A stretch of 63,992 nucleotides of DNA, filler included, from a bacterium (lineage in GTDB: Bacteria; UBA9089; CG2-30-40-21; SBAY01), in the NCBI GenBank assembly GCA_040757115.1. It is 7 parts of 7 records of this genome, joined end to end, with 100 filler letters (N's around TTAATTAATTAA, not from the genome) between each part and the next. Parts side by side here need not be neighbours in the genome. Positions count along the whole stretch, not along the records: positions 1 to 29,608 come from JBFLYA010000022.1; positions 29,709 to 35,744 come from JBFLYA010000223.1; positions 35,845 to 41,880 come from JBFLYA010000224.1; 4 more parts are not named here. The stretch is one strand, 5' to 3'. This document shows, piece by piece, positions 27,399 to 37,671 of the stretch. The position numbers were made by a program, and so were the translations under genes. The notes beneath the pieces are model-generated. The model was not told the DNA's origin. It worked only from the letters and a program-made list of their open reading frames with translations, and made no database searches. Numbering within the stretch: position 1 is the first letter of the stretch; each line of letters begins with the position of its first letter.

Positions 27399-29423
27399 CT
27401 AAATCGGCAGAAATACCACAAATGTTGTTCCCTTCCCAACTTCACTCTCTACCTCTATCCTGCCCTGGTGTGCCTCAATTAAACGCTGGCAGATAGCCAG
27501 ACCCAGACCTATTCCTTTGCCTCTGCTGGTATAAAATGGCTCGAATATCTTGCTTATATCCTCTCTGGATATGCCTTTGCCCATATCCGAGATGCCTATC
27601 TTGATAAAATCTCCCTCTCTTTCACTTTTTACCTTTAACTTTTTACTCTTAGCTTCTCTCATTGCCTCAACCGCATTCTTCACCAGATTAACCAGCACCT
27701 GACGAATGCGGTCAGAATCCACATTAATCTCCGGCAGGTCGCTGGCTAAATTTTGCGTTACCTCGATATTAAAAAGGAATTTTGTCGGGAGTTCCTTTAT
27801 TGCCTCCTTGATTAATTCATTCACCTGGCACTTAGTCGTTTTCAACTCAAGTGGCTTTGAGAAATTCAGCAGGTCATTGATAAACCCGGTTGCTCTTCCT
27901 ATGGCATTATCCATCTGCTGGATAGTCTGCTGGGCATCAATATCCTCTTTGTGAGTCATCTTCAGATAGTATAGTCCTGATTTGATGACCTGTAATGGAT
28001 TTTTTACCTCATGAGCGGCCTCAGCGGCAATCTGGGCTGTGGCGGCTAATTTTTCTGTCTCTATCAGTTTTTTTTGTAACCTCTTTCGTTCGGTGATGTC
28101 GTGAAATATCCCCTGAATTGTTGGCTTTCCCTGAATTAAAGTCACAGAGGTGGTGATGCTCACCGGGATTATCTTCCCTGATTTAGTGATTACCTCTGCC
28201 TCATCATCAACCCAGCCCTTATGTTCGATATGTTTGCGAAACATCTCTGCGTAGTATTGTGCCTTTTCTGGTGGATGAACTGTGGTTTGATGTGAGCCTT
28301 TAATTTCGCTCTTTTCTTTCTCTAAAAGAACCTCCGCAGATTTGTTACACTCAAGTATTATACCTGTTTGCGGGTCTGCCCAGAAGATAGCATCCTTTGC
28401 GTTCTCAAAGGCTAACCTAAATTTCTCTTCGCTCTCCGCAAGTGCTTTCTCTGTCCGTTTGTGCTCCATAATCTCGTTTCTTAGTTCCACAGTTTGTTCT
28501 TCTACCAATTCCTCAAGGTGCTCGGTATGTTTTTCTAATTCTTCCTCCATCCATTTCTGCCTGGTGATGTCACGGGCAATACCAACCAGACCAATGATAT
28601 TACCGTTATCCTCAAACTGAGGAACCTTTATTGCTTGAAACCAGTATTTTCTTCCATCCACATCGGTCATATGCTTGGTGATTTCTTGAGGTTTGCCAGT
28701 TTTGAAGACTGTCTGGTCATCTTCGACATTCTTTTTTGCTTCTTCTGGGTCTTGCATCAATTCAAAATCGTTTTTCCCAATTACTTCTTCACGGGAAAGA
28801 CCAAAAGCCTCTAACGCCTTATTATTGGCAATAATATACCTGCTCTCTAAGTCTTTAAAGAAGATGGCATCATGAGCAGATTCCACCATAGATTGGTATA
28901 ACTTTAGTCTTTCCTCTGATTGTTTCAGTTTTTGATGTGATAAGCATCCTTTAAGGGAAATAGTAAATTCAGAGATAATATCACAGAGTTGAGAAGGTTT
29001 TTCTTTTTCAAATGGAGTTTCTTTGGCTAATTTTAAGAATCCCAGATTGTTGAGGCTATAAACAGCAAAAGCCTCTTTTTCTATCTCTTTCTCGGTAACA
29101 ACCTGAGAGAAATCAGGTTCACATGAGGCAACTGTCCAGAATTTTCTGCCTTCCAGGAGGGTAAAGAGGGGATGATTAAGGGGTAGTCTGGTCTCTTTCA
29201 CTCGAAACTCTGGATAGGCATAGATTAAAGAGGCGTATTCCTTGTCCTCTTTATCCAGATATTCGTTTTTTATCCAGATTGAGGCAAATCCAAGATTTTG
29301 TCGAGACATAAGTGCCTTTAAGAATATGGCACAGTTTTCTTTTAAATCCAGGGACTTACCAATAGAAAGAGCCAACTCGTAAAGCATAAAAATATCTTTT
29401 AGGACTTTTGATTTATTATTCAT
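27399..29423 (-). CDS. PAS-PAS sensor histidine kinase
   Basis: Two PAS domains, AAHEVKNPL H-box, NLVKNAVEA, DMGKGI, GIGLGL; AAGGAGG RBS supports ATG 29423. Confidence 0.92.
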   Translation of the reverse strand: MNNKSKVLKDIFMLYELALSIGKSLDLKENCAIFLKALMSRQNLGFASIWIKNEYLDKEDKEYASLIYAYPEFRVKETRLPLNHPLFTLLEGRKFWTVASCEPDFSQVVTEKEIEKEAFAVYSLNNLGFLKLAKETPFEKEKPSQLCDIISEFTISLKGCLSHQKLKQSEERLKLYQSMVESAHDAIFFKDLESRYIIANNKALEAFGLSREEVIGKNDFELMQDPEEAKKNVEDDQTVFKTGKPQEITKHMTDVDGRKYWFQAIKVPQFEDNGNIIGLVGIARDITRQKWMEEELEKHTEHLEELVEEQTVELRNEIMEHKRTEKALAESEEKFRLAFENAKDAIFWADPQTGIILECNKSAEVLLEKEKSEIKGSHQTTVHPPEKAQYYAEMFRKHIEHKGWVDDEAEVITKSGKIIPVSITTSVTLIQGKPTIQGIFHDITERKRLQKKLIETEKLAATAQIAAEAAHEVKNPLQVIKSGLYYLKMTHKEDIDAQQTIQQMDNAIGRATGFINDLLNFSKPLELKTTKCQVNELIKEAIKELPTKFLFNIEVTQNLASDLPEINVDSDRIRQVLVNLVKNAVEAMREAKSKKLKVKSEREGDFIKIGISDMGKGISREDISKIFEPFYTSRGKGIGLGLAICQRLIEAHQGRIEVESEVGKGTTFVVFLPI

Positions 29424-29504
29424 CCAAAACCTCCTTACCATTTCTCGCCTGGAGTTCTGCAACACTAAGAAACTGTAGTTCTTAAGCGGGTATTCTCCAA
29501 AAAT

Positions 29505-29608
29505 CAAAATGCAAAAAGCAAATATAAAAATTACATATCAAAATGTAAAATTATCTCTTTCCTTTCAGCGTTAAAATACTTGAAGCAAAGATATTACCAA
29601 ATTCCTCC
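29505..29608 (-). repeat. 3' end of a four-helix-bundle gene plus downstream repeat arm, at contig end
   Basis: Minus strand EEFGNIFASSILTLKGKR*; 29505-29600 reads identical to 47841-47936. Confidence 0.65.
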
Positions 29609-29708
29609 NNNNNNNNNNNNNNNNNNNNNNNNNNNNNNNNNNNNNNNNNNNNTTAATTAATTAANNNNNNNNNNNNNNNNNNNNNNNNNNNNNNNNNNNN
29701 NNNNNNNN
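29609..29708. other. Artificial contig linker
   Basis: N-runs flanking TTAATTAATTAA (stop in all six frames). Confidence 0.97.
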
Positions 29709-31481
29709 GAAGGGATGTATATTAATAACAATATTGGTCTTGGACATCGGAGGTTAAGCATTATTGATTTAGCCCAGGGACATCAACCTTTGTCTAATGA
29801 AGATAAGACTATCTGGGTTGTTTTTAATGGTGAGATATATAACTACCCAGAATTGCGTGATGAACTAATTAATAAAGGACATCTCTTTACAACTAACTCA
29901 GATACTGAGGTAATCGTTCATCTTTACGAGGAAAAAGGGGATGAATTTGTTTGCTATTTAAGAGGGATGTTTAGTATTGGACTATGGGATGCAAAAGCAA
30001 AAAAGCTTATCCTCTGTCGAGATAGAGTGGGAAAGAAACCACTTCACTATTTTATTGATAAGGATAGAATCATATTTGGCTCTGAAATAAAGTCAATTTT
30101 ACAAGACCAAACTATAAAAAAGGTATTAAATTATGAAGCGGTAGATGATTTTCTTAGTTTTTTGTGTGTACCAGCTCCTAAAACCATTTTTAAAGGAATA
30201 TCTAAACTTTTACCTGCCCATATCTTAATTTGTACCTCTACTGGAATCTCCATTCGGGAATATTGGGATTTTAAGTTTGAAACTACCCCGGGATTAAACG
30301 AAGATGAATACAAGGAAAATTTAACTCATCTCTTGAAAGAATCTGTCCAATGTAGATTAATGAGTGAAGTGCCATTGGGGGCTTTTCTAAGTGGTGGGAT
30401 TGACTCCAGCTGTGTCGTGGGAATGATGTCGCAATTATCTGAAAAACCTGTGATAACATCTTCTATTGGTTTTGATGAAGCGGTATTTGATGAATTGAAA
30501 TTTGCCCGGCTGGTTGCCTCACATCTTAAAACAAATCATCATGAATATATCGTTAGACCTGATGCTTTAGAGGTATTATCTAAATTAGTCTATCATTTTG
30601 ACGAACCTTTTGCGGATTCTTCAGCAATCCCAACTTATTATGTCTCTAAAATGGCAAAAGAGGATGTTACCGTAGCTTTGAGTGGCGATGGGGGAGATGA
30701 GTTCTTTGCCGGCTACAACTCCTACCAATACAATATTTCTCAAGATAGAATTCGTCGCCTTATTCCAGAATTTATCAAGCGATATATTCTTCGGCCTTTT
30801 TTAAATCACTATCCGAAATTTTTACGGGCAAAAAGATATTTAACCAGTATTTCCTCTTCATTTGAATCGACACTGATGATGAGCAAGTCTTTTTATGATG
30901 CTCAAATGAAACAACAGTTATATACGGATGAATTTAAGTCCCAACTAAGTGGTTATGACCCTTTTGTTGTCCTGGAACCTTATTTGAATCGCTCAAAGGG
31001 ATGGGATACACTCTCCAGAGCCCAATATATTGATGCTAAAACCTATCTTTCGGATGATATATTGGTTAAAGTTGATAGAATGAGTATGGCGGTATCTTTA
31101 GAAGTTCGCGCACCTTTGTTAGACCATAAATTAATTGAATTTGTTGCGACTATTCCTCCAGAACTACGATTAAAAAAAGGTGTATCTAAATATATCCTTA
31201 AAAAAAGCATGGAGGAATTAGTTCCATTAGAAATATTAGAAAGAGGAAAGAAAGGATTTTCTGTCCCCCTTAATCTCTGGTTAAAAAAAGACCTGAAAAA
31301 TATGGTTGAAGAAACCCTGCTTGTCCCAAAAGCCCTTCAGCGGGGATACTTTAAACCTGAATATATCCAATGGATGTGGCGTGAATATCAAAAAGGAACT
31401 AAAAACCTTGCTACCCAATTTTGGTGCCTGTTGATGTTTGAACTCTGGCATAGGGCATATATTGAGGGAGAACAGATATAA
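29709..31481 (+). CDS. asnB: Asparagine synthase (glutamine-hydrolysing), polysaccharide-amidating type; 5' truncated by contig edge
   Basis: GHRRLSIID, FNGEIYN, SDTEV, FLSGGIDSS, LSGDGGDE, KVDRMSMAVSLEVRAP. Confidence 0.92.
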   Translation, partial: EGMYINNNIGLGHRRLSIIDLAQGHQPLSNEDKTIWVVFNGEIYNYPELRDELINKGHLFTTNSDTEVIVHLYEEKGDEFVCYLRGMFSIGLWDAKAKKLILCRDRVGKKPLHYFIDKDRIIFGSEIKSILQDQTIKKVLNYEAVDDFLSFLCVPAPKTIFKGISKLLPAHILICTSTGISIREYWDFKFETTPGLNEDEYKENLTHLLKESVQCRLMSEVPLGAFLSGGIDSSCVVGMMSQLSEKPVITSSIGFDEAVFDELKFARLVASHLKTNHHEYIVRPDALEVLSKLVYHFDEPFADSSAIPTYYVSKMAKEDVTVALSGDGGDEFFAGYNSYQYNISQDRIRRLIPEFIKRYILRPFLNHYPKFLRAKRYLTSISSSFESTLMMSKSFYDAQMKQQLYTDEFKSQLSGYDPFVVLEPYLNRSKGWDTLSRAQYIDAKTYLSDDILVKVDRMSMAVSLEVRAPLLDHKLIEFVATIPPELRLKKGVSKYILKKSMEELVPLEILERGKKGFSVPLNLWLKKDLKNMVEETLLVPKALQRGYFKPEYIQWMWREYQKGTKNLATQFWCLLMFELWHRAYIEGEQI

Positions 31482-32629
31482 TGAGAAAGATAAATGTTAT
31501 GCATTTAGTTTATTCTTTAACCAGGGGTGGGATGGAAACAGGATTGGTTGCACGGGTGAATAAACATAATCAGGACTTATTTAACCCTGCTCTTTGCTCT
31601 TTTACCACAGGAGGTGCTTTAAAGGAATTAGTAAAAGACGGCATCGAAATAGTAGAATTAAAAAAGAAAAAAGGGAATGATTGGACACTTCCTCTAAAAT
31701 TGATGGGGTTATTTAAAAAGAAGAATATTCAGATTGTTTATACCCATAACTGGGGAACCTTGTGTGAAGGTGTCATTGGCGCTCGATTGGCTGGTGTCCC
31801 AATTGTTATCCATCAAGAACACGGAACCGTCATTGATGTTGTTAAATCTAAAAAGATAAGATTTTGGGCTCAACGATTTATCTTTAATTTTGTGGACCAA
31901 ATAACAACTGTTTCAGAATCCTTACGGAAATTAATGATTGACTCTCTGGGAATAAATGAAAAAAAGATTATTACTATCTTAAATGGCGTGGATTTAGACA
32001 GATTTAAAAATAATATAAATAAAAATGAAGAGAGGAAAAAACTTGGCTTAAGCGTTGATGAACCTGTAATTGGAACAATAGGTAGATTCGTTCCGGTTAA
32101 AGACCATAAGACGCTTTTATTCAGTATGTTAGATATAAAAAATGAGGTTCCAGGTATAAAATTACTCCTGATTGGCGATGGCCCACTAAAAAATGAATTG
32201 GAGGCTCTTGTAAAAAAACTTGGATTAAGTGAAAATGTTTTAATGCCTGGCGAAAGAGGTGACATCCCGCAATTGTTAAAAACAATGGATGTGTTTATCC
32301 TTCCTTCTCTATTTGAGGCGATGTCACGAACTATATTAGAAGCATTTGCCTCAGAAATACCTGTTGTTACTACAAATGTTGGTGGAAATCCTGAGGTCAT
32401 AACTCACAACTTAAACGGTTTATTAGTTCCGCCACAAAATCCAAAGGCATTAGCCGGGGCAATAATTAGTCTTCTTAAAGACAAAAATAAGGCATTTCGA
32501 TTTGGAGTGGCTGGAAAAAAATTAGTCGAAGAAAAATTCTCTCTCCAACGAATGGTCGAGGATGATGAAAAATTGTTTAAATATCACCTGAAAAGAGTAG
32601 GTCTCTTGAAATATGGGAACTCATCCTGA
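31481..32629 (+). CDS. Glycosyltransferase family 4
   Basis: GGMETG, IGRFVPVKDH, FILPSLFEAMSRTILEA, VGGNPEV. Confidence 0.9.
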   Translation: MRKINVMHLVYSLTRGGMETGLVARVNKHNQDLFNPALCSFTTGGALKELVKDGIEIVELKKKKGNDWTLPLKLMGLFKKKNIQIVYTHNWGTLCEGVIGARLAGVPIVIHQEHGTVIDVVKSKKIRFWAQRFIFNFVDQITTVSESLRKLMIDSLGINEKKIITILNGVDLDRFKNNINKNEERKKLGLSVDEPVIGTIGRFVPVKDHKTLLFSMLDIKNEVPGIKLLLIGDGPLKNELEALVKKLGLSENVLMPGERGDIPQLLKTMDVFILPSLFEAMSRTILEAFASEIPVVTTNVGGNPEVITHNLNGLLVPPQNPKALAGAIISLLKDKNKAFRFGVAGKKLVEEKFSLQRMVEDDEKLFKYHLKRVGLLKYGNSS

Positions 32630-32693
32630 TGGCACTGACTTGAGCACTATAGCCATCTATTTTGTTGTAGTATTTTTAACCACAAAGATGATA

Positions 32694-32910
32694 TAGCACT
32701 TATTAATCGAAATTTGACCCAGATATGGCTATGAAATTCCAAATCACAAATTCCAAAATACAAATAAATTCCAATGACCAAAATTCAAAACATTGCCCCC
32801 ATAGTTTGGTATTTATTACTTGAAATTTGGTGCTTATTTGAGATTTGGTGCTTGGGATTTGGGATTTTTTACTTATCCACCCTGAGTAAAATTTTGACTA
32901 ATAACTGCTA
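32694..32910. mobile_element. TA-flanked MITE with CAAATTC / TTGGGAT-type 7-mer inverted arrays and no gene
   Basis: Imperfect TIRs TAGCACTTATTAATCGAAATTT / AAATTTTGACTAATAACTGCTA. Confidence 0.72.
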
Positions 32911-32929
32911 TAGGATTTATAAATTATAG

Positions 32930-32958
32930 TTGACAATAATTTTAAATTATGATAAACT
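32930..32958 (+). promoter_or_regulatory. sigma70 promoter TTGACA-17-TAAACT, 7 nt upstream of ATG
   Basis: Consensus spacing with extended TG; ATG at 32966. Confidence 0.6.
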
Positions 32959-32965
32959 AAACATT

Positions 32966-34255
32966 ATGAAAATAAATGTTTCGCAAATCATAAAGGTAAT
33001 AGAATTCTGGCAGAATACCTCAAGAGGAGATAAACTTTATCCCAGGGCTATCGTTGAAGCAATAGACATTAAGACCAGCGAGATTGTAGATATTATTGGA
33101 CCAAGACGAAGTGGTAAATCCTCTGTTCTAAAACTATTGATAAAACATTTAAACCTTAAGGATAATTCTTTATATATAAATTTTGAGGACCCCTATTTTA
33201 TCGAGCACGACCACCCATCAATTATTGAAGAGATAATATCAGTTTATAAAGAATATTTTAATCCAGGTCTTTGCTACCTTTTCTTTGATGAGATACAGGT
33301 AATAAGCCAATGGGAGCGAACTATCCGAAAATTGCGTGATTCATCCCAATTTAAGATATTCATAACTGGTTCGTCATCAAAACTTCTCAGTAGTGAGATA
33401 GCATCTTTGCTAACCGGAAGGCATTTGTCTTATCAACTTCTGCCCCTCTCATTTGGTGAATACCTTCAATTCAAAGGGGTAGAGATTCTTAATAAAAAGG
33501 ACATCATATTAAAAGAAAAACTTTTACTTAAACTCTTTTCAGAATATCTATCGAAAGGTGGTTTCCCTGAGGTTGTTTTAACCGACAATTTAGAACTTCC
33601 CGGGCAATATTTCCGGGATATTATCCAGAAGGATATTGTTATGAGGTATGAGGTGCGTGAAAAAGGCATTCTTGAAAAGATGGCTATTTATCTTATAAGC
33701 AATGCCACAAAAACTACCTCTATTGAATCGCTTAAAAAGACCTTCAATATTTCCTATAAACTGGCATCTACCTATTTAGATTATTTGAAGGAGGTATTTT
33801 TGCTTTTTGAGATTCCACAGTTTTCCTATTCCTTAAAAAAACAGCAAAAGGGGTTTAAAAAGATATATGCTGTTGATTGTGGACTTGCCAATGCTGTCTC
33901 TTTTAGATTTTCAGAGGATAAAGGCAGAATGCTTGAAAATTGCGTTTTCTTACACCTTTTGCAAATGGGGCAGGAACTCTACTATTATAAGACAGGGAAT
34001 AATTTAGAGATTGACTTCCTGGTTAAGGATTTTAATGATAGAAAAATACCTATTCAGGTAACCTGGGAATTTGAGAGTAAAAAAACAAAAGGTCGTGAAT
34101 TATCCAGTCTTATTTCTACCATGGATGAACTAAAACTGACAGAGGGAATAATTCTTACCTACGATGATGAAGATAGTATTTCGATTGATAATAAATTTAT
34201 CAATATAAAACCGGTATATAAGTGGTTACTGGAAAGGGAAGGTAGAAATGATTAA
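32966..34255 (+). CDS. AAA_14 ATPase with DUF4143 domain (COG1373)
   Basis: GPRRSGKS, FFDEIQ, ITGSSS, GGFPE, KIYAVDCG, LEIDF. Confidence 0.9.
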   Translation: MKINVSQIIKVIEFWQNTSRGDKLYPRAIVEAIDIKTSEIVDIIGPRRSGKSSVLKLLIKHLNLKDNSLYINFEDPYFIEHDHPSIIEEIISVYKEYFNPGLCYLFFDEIQVISQWERTIRKLRDSSQFKIFITGSSSKLLSSEIASLLTGRHLSYQLLPLSFGEYLQFKGVEILNKKDIILKEKLLLKLFSEYLSKGGFPEVVLTDNLELPGQYFRDIIQKDIVMRYEVREKGILEKMAIYLISNATKTTSIESLKKTFNISYKLASTYLDYLKEVFLLFEIPQFSYSLKKQQKGFKKIYAVDCGLANAVSFRFSEDKGRMLENCVFLHLLQMGQELYYYKTGNNLEIDFLVKDFNDRKIPIQVTWEFESKKTKGRELSSLISTMDELKLTEGIILTYDDEDSISIDNKFINIKPVYKWLLEREGRND

Positions 34256-35279
34256 ATCTCTTATAAAAAGTATTTTGTATTATAGCGGCATAACACAACT
34301 CCTTCACGATTTTATCGCCTCAAAGACAAGATTAGCGGTGATATTGAGGTATCATTCCGTCGCAGATGAAGACTTCGTTTATGCCACCCCGAAAATAACC
34401 GTTTCGACAAGAGATTTTGAAAAACAAATAAAATATCTCTCTAAAAAATATAATATTATTTCTCTTGAAGATATTGCTGTCCACATTAAGGAAGGCAAAG
34501 AGTTACCCAGGAATTCATTAGCCATTACCTTTGATGATGGGTATAAAGATAATTATCTAAATGCCTATCCTATTTTAAAAAAATATGGTGCGACCGCGAC
34601 ATTTTTCCTTGCCGCAGGATGTATCGATGGGAAAGATATACTCTGGACACATCGAATCATCCATCTGGTCAAGGAGATAAAAAAGAAAGAAATCTCCCTT
34701 GAAAACCATCTCCTTAAATTTGAAACAGTTAAGGATAAATTAGTGTCGATAAATATCCTTAATTCGATAATTCTGCATCTTGACCAATCTAAAAGGGAAG
34801 AATTTATCACGGATTTAACCAGGAAATTTGAAGTAGGGATAAACAGAGAGGAACTTAGTCGTAAATATATGTTGTCCTGGGATGAGGTTAAGAAGATGGA
34901 GGGTATGTCCTTTGGTGGTCATACAGTTACCCATTGTAATCTGCCACATTGCTCTTATGAATATGCCAGGGAAGAAATTGAAGGTTCAAAGAAAATCCTG
35001 GAAGAAAAAATAGGCAAGCCGATAAATTTATTCTCTTATCCGAATGGCACAATTGAGGTTCATTTTAATGAGGAGAATAAAAAACTGGTTAAAGAGGCTG
35101 GTTTTATCTGCGCCGTAACTTCTCTTGATGGGCTGGCTGACAATAAAAGCGACCTCTATGAGTTAAGAAGAAAAGGGATTGGGAAAGAGACTAAATTGTA
35201 TTGTCTGGCGACAGAGATTGTAGTAAATACTGTGTTATATTCTCATAGGGTTCTGCAAAATAGGATTTGGGGAAGATAA
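34248..35279 (+). CDS. Polysaccharide deacetylase (NodB homology)
   Basis: YHSV, ITFDDGYKDN, GGHTVTH, FSYPNG; last ~10 codons come from a dispersed repeat. Confidence 0.9.
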   Translation: MIKSLIKSILYYSGITQLLHDFIASKTRLAVILRYHSVADEDFVYATPKITVSTRDFEKQIKYLSKKYNIISLEDIAVHIKEGKELPRNSLAITFDDGYKDNYLNAYPILKKYGATATFFLAAGCIDGKDILWTHRIIHLVKEIKKKEISLENHLLKFETVKDKLVSINILNSIILHLDQSKREEFITDLTRKFEVGINREELSRKYMLSWDEVKKMEGMSFGGHTVTHCNLPHCSYEYAREEIEGSKKILEEKIGKPINLFSYPNGTIEVHFNEENKKLVKEAGFICAVTSLDGLADNKSDLYELRRKGIGKETKLYCLATEIVVNTVLYSHRVLQNRIWGR

Positions 35280-35744
35280 ATGAGAGTTAGACCTGAAATT
35301 AGAGATAAAAATTCAAATATCAAATATCAAAATGCAAAATTACAAATCAAATTTCAAAAAGGACTTTAAGAAAAGACGGTATAGCGGTTATTAACTGGAA
35401 GTTTACATAGGATAATACCCATAAATAAGGCAGGAGAATAATCGTTCCGTTAGGAACATAATATCGGTAGGAATAGATAGACAAATCAATCAGTTCCGTA
35501 GGAACGATATATTGGTAGAAAATTTATGGAAAGCCATTTACCCATATATTGTCCCGTAAGCGTTCAGGTGGTGTAACAAAAGGAGATGTGGAGATTAAGG
35601 AGATAGGGAGATATTATTAAAAAAATTGAAATTAATAGAAACTAATAGAAATTTATGGAAATTTGTTGTTTTCCACAATCAATTTCTACCTATTTCTATA
35701 AATTTCAATCTATTTCTATTATCTTATCTCCATATCACTCTTAT
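35247..35744. repeat. Pile-up of element fragments to contig end
   Basis: AGGGTTCTGCAAAA repeat (35247), four-helix-bundle start MQNYKSNFKKDFKKR (35332), TATAGCGG end (35380), GTTCCGTAGGAAC REP-like hairpins, GTAAGCGTTCAGG MITE (35556-35744). Confidence 0.75.
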
Positions 35745-35844
35745 NNNNNNNNNNNNNNNNNNNNNNNNNNNNNNNNNNNNNNNNNNNNTTAATTAATTAA
35801 NNNNNNNNNNNNNNNNNNNNNNNNNNNNNNNNNNNNNNNNNNNN
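35745..35844. other. Artificial contig linker
   Basis: N-runs flanking TTAATTAATTAA. Confidence 0.97.
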
Positions 35845-35980
35845 GTCATAAAAGTCAAGTTTCTTTTTGTTCACAATCAAAGATTTCATAAACTCTCCCA
35901 TGAGGAGAGAAATATTATTAAATATTAATTATAAATTAATTAATAACTATATTAAACATATTATACGAGGGAGGTAGACC

Positions 35981-36175
35981 ATGAGCAAGAATTTCGATGC
36001 GTATATAACACTCGATAAAACAGGTTTGGAGAACAAGTATGTGATCATTGTAAATGGCGAAGTGGTGGCAAAGGGCGAGAATATTGAGGAAATGCTTGAG
36101 AGAGTGCGGCAAGAATATCCTCATGAAAAACCCTTTGTGGCAAAGGTGCCTGAGGAAAGGATGTTGGTACTATGA
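35981..36175 (+). CDS. DUF5678-like small protein
   Basis: NKYVIIVNGEVVAKGENIEE...YP...PFVAKVP pattern; GGAGGT RBS. Confidence 0.7.
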   Translation: MSKNFDAYITLDKTGLENKYVIIVNGEVVAKGENIEEMLERVRQEYPHEKPFVAKVPEERMLVL

Positions 36176-36570
36176 TACGTCAAAGGTTTAGAGAAGAAAA
36201 AAGTAGTTTAGGAATTGTTCTTCGCCCTGTAGCAGAGGTGATTTTGGAAAGGGATAGCTTTGCCGTGGAGACACCAATGTATGTAGATTCAGGTGCTGAT
36301 GTTTCAATGATACCATTTCGTTTTGGCAGAGCACTTGGGTTTAAGCAAGAAAAGGAAGATACCATTCAAGAAATTAAAGGTGTTTCAGGGGCAGGAGTTC
36401 CCTATATTCTCAAGGAGGTTACTTTGGTGTTGAATAGCAGAAGGTTGAAAATAAGGATAGCATGGGTATTATTAGAAGAAGTGCCGATGCTTATGGGAAG
36501 AATGGACATATTTGATAAATTTCGGGTGGTCTTTGATGAAAGAAATGCGTGGATTGATTTTGAGGAATGA
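36172..36570 (+). CDS. Retropepsin-like (clan AA) aspartic protease
   Basis: VDSGADVS catalytic motif and LMGRMD; ATGA-coupled to the upstream gene. Confidence 0.8.
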   Translation: MIRQRFREEKSSLGIVLRPVAEVILERDSFAVETPMYVDSGADVSMIPFRFGRALGFKQEKEDTIQEIKGVSGAGVPYILKEVTLVLNSRRLKIRIAWVLLEEVPMLMGRMDIFDKFRVVFDERNAWIDFEE

Positions 36571-36582
36571 CGGCGGAACAGC

Positions 36583-36891
36583 GTATAACAGAGCGTATCT
36601 GGTTTCGTGCCTTCGGCACTCCGCCCAAATTCCTCGCTTCGCTCGGAACTTCAGATACGCTCAGCCGATAACCAAAATGTCGCTTCGCTCCATTTTGGTT
36701 ATTGGGGTGCGGATGAGCGAAACGCTTCAGCAGATGTAATTCGAGGGAAATTTTTGAAAAAAGGAAGTTGCTCTGCGTCACTTCGGCTATCAGCGGCGGC
36801 GGGGAACCCATGAAGTGGGTCGCGCTTTGGGGTCGGGGCTGAAGTCAAAATGTCCCTTCGGGGCACTTCGCTCATCCGCATCCCGATAGGC
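36583..36891 (+). other. Long attC-like site (309 bp), R' mutated to GATAGGC
   Basis: R'' GTATAAC 12 nt after a stop; nested inverted repeats; homologous to 37672-37961. Confidence 0.65.
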
Positions 36892-36954
36892 GACATGCAC
36901 TTAGAGGATATATCATAACAGTTAAATCCGATGAGAGATATGGGTGAAACTACA

Positions 36955-37272
36955 ATGAAGCAGATTAATAACATCATCAGGGAGTTTAAAGTGAAAATTG
37001 AAAAACTCTATGGCAAAAGATTAAAGAATCTCCTCCTCTATGGTTCATGGGCGAGGGCAGAGGCTACAGATGATTCCGATATTGACCTAGCTGTGGTTTT
37101 CGATGGTGAGATTACACCAGGAAACGAAATAGATAGGATGATAGATATCATCATGGAGATAAATCTAAAATATGGTGTTCTAATATCAGTCTATCCTGTA
37201 TCTGAAAGGGATTATTTTGCTTTGAAAAGTCCATTACTTATGAACATTCGAAGGGAAGGAGTGCCTGCATGA
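36955..37272 (+). CDS. Minimal nucleotidyltransferase (MNT) antitoxin
   Basis: LYGSWARAEATDDSDIDL (GSX10DXD). Confidence 0.88.
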   Translation: MKQINNIIREFKVKIEKLYGKRLKNLLLYGSWARAEATDDSDIDLAVVFDGEITPGNEIDRMIDIIMEINLKYGVLISVYPVSERDYFALKSPLLMNIRREGVPA

Positions 37273-37655
37273 AAGAAGTAGCATCCCTCATAGAGAGACC
37301 AAAGAAATATCTTAAGAGTTCTAAGATGCTTATTGACGAGGGGGATTATGAATCATCGGTATCCAGAGCATACTATGCGATGTTTTTCTCGGCTGAGGCT
37401 ATACTTCTCACGAAGAATTTATCATTTTCATCTCACGGGGGCGTGATATCTGCTTTCGGAGAATACTTCGTCAAAACTAATATTTTTCCGAGAGAGATGG
37501 GCAGAGCAATTAACAGAGCATTTGAGAAAAGGCAGTTAGGGGATTACGAGTAGACCTTTGTAATATCCAAGGAAGAAGCAGAGGAAATCCTTGAGAATAG
37601 CACACATTTCATAGAAAAGATAATCCAATATTTAAAAGAGGGTAAGTTCCTATGA
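37269..37655 (+). pseudogene. HEPN domain protein with in-frame TAG at 37551-37553
   Basis: SRAYYAMF, SHGGVIS, KRQLGDY; frame continues TFVISKEEAEEILEN...KFL* after the TAG. Confidence 0.82.
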
Positions 37656-37671
37656 AGCACATGTGCACGTC

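Noticed and set aside
29609-29708. Recurrent TTAATTAATTAA palindrome within N-runs (six times)
   Set aside because: Identical 100-nt artificial linker with stops in all frames; not biological.
35900-35970. Possible attI site before the first cassette (ATTATAC resembling GTTATAC)
   Set aside because: It lacks the invariant GTT, lies in very AT-rich sequence and has no adjacent intI; unsupported.
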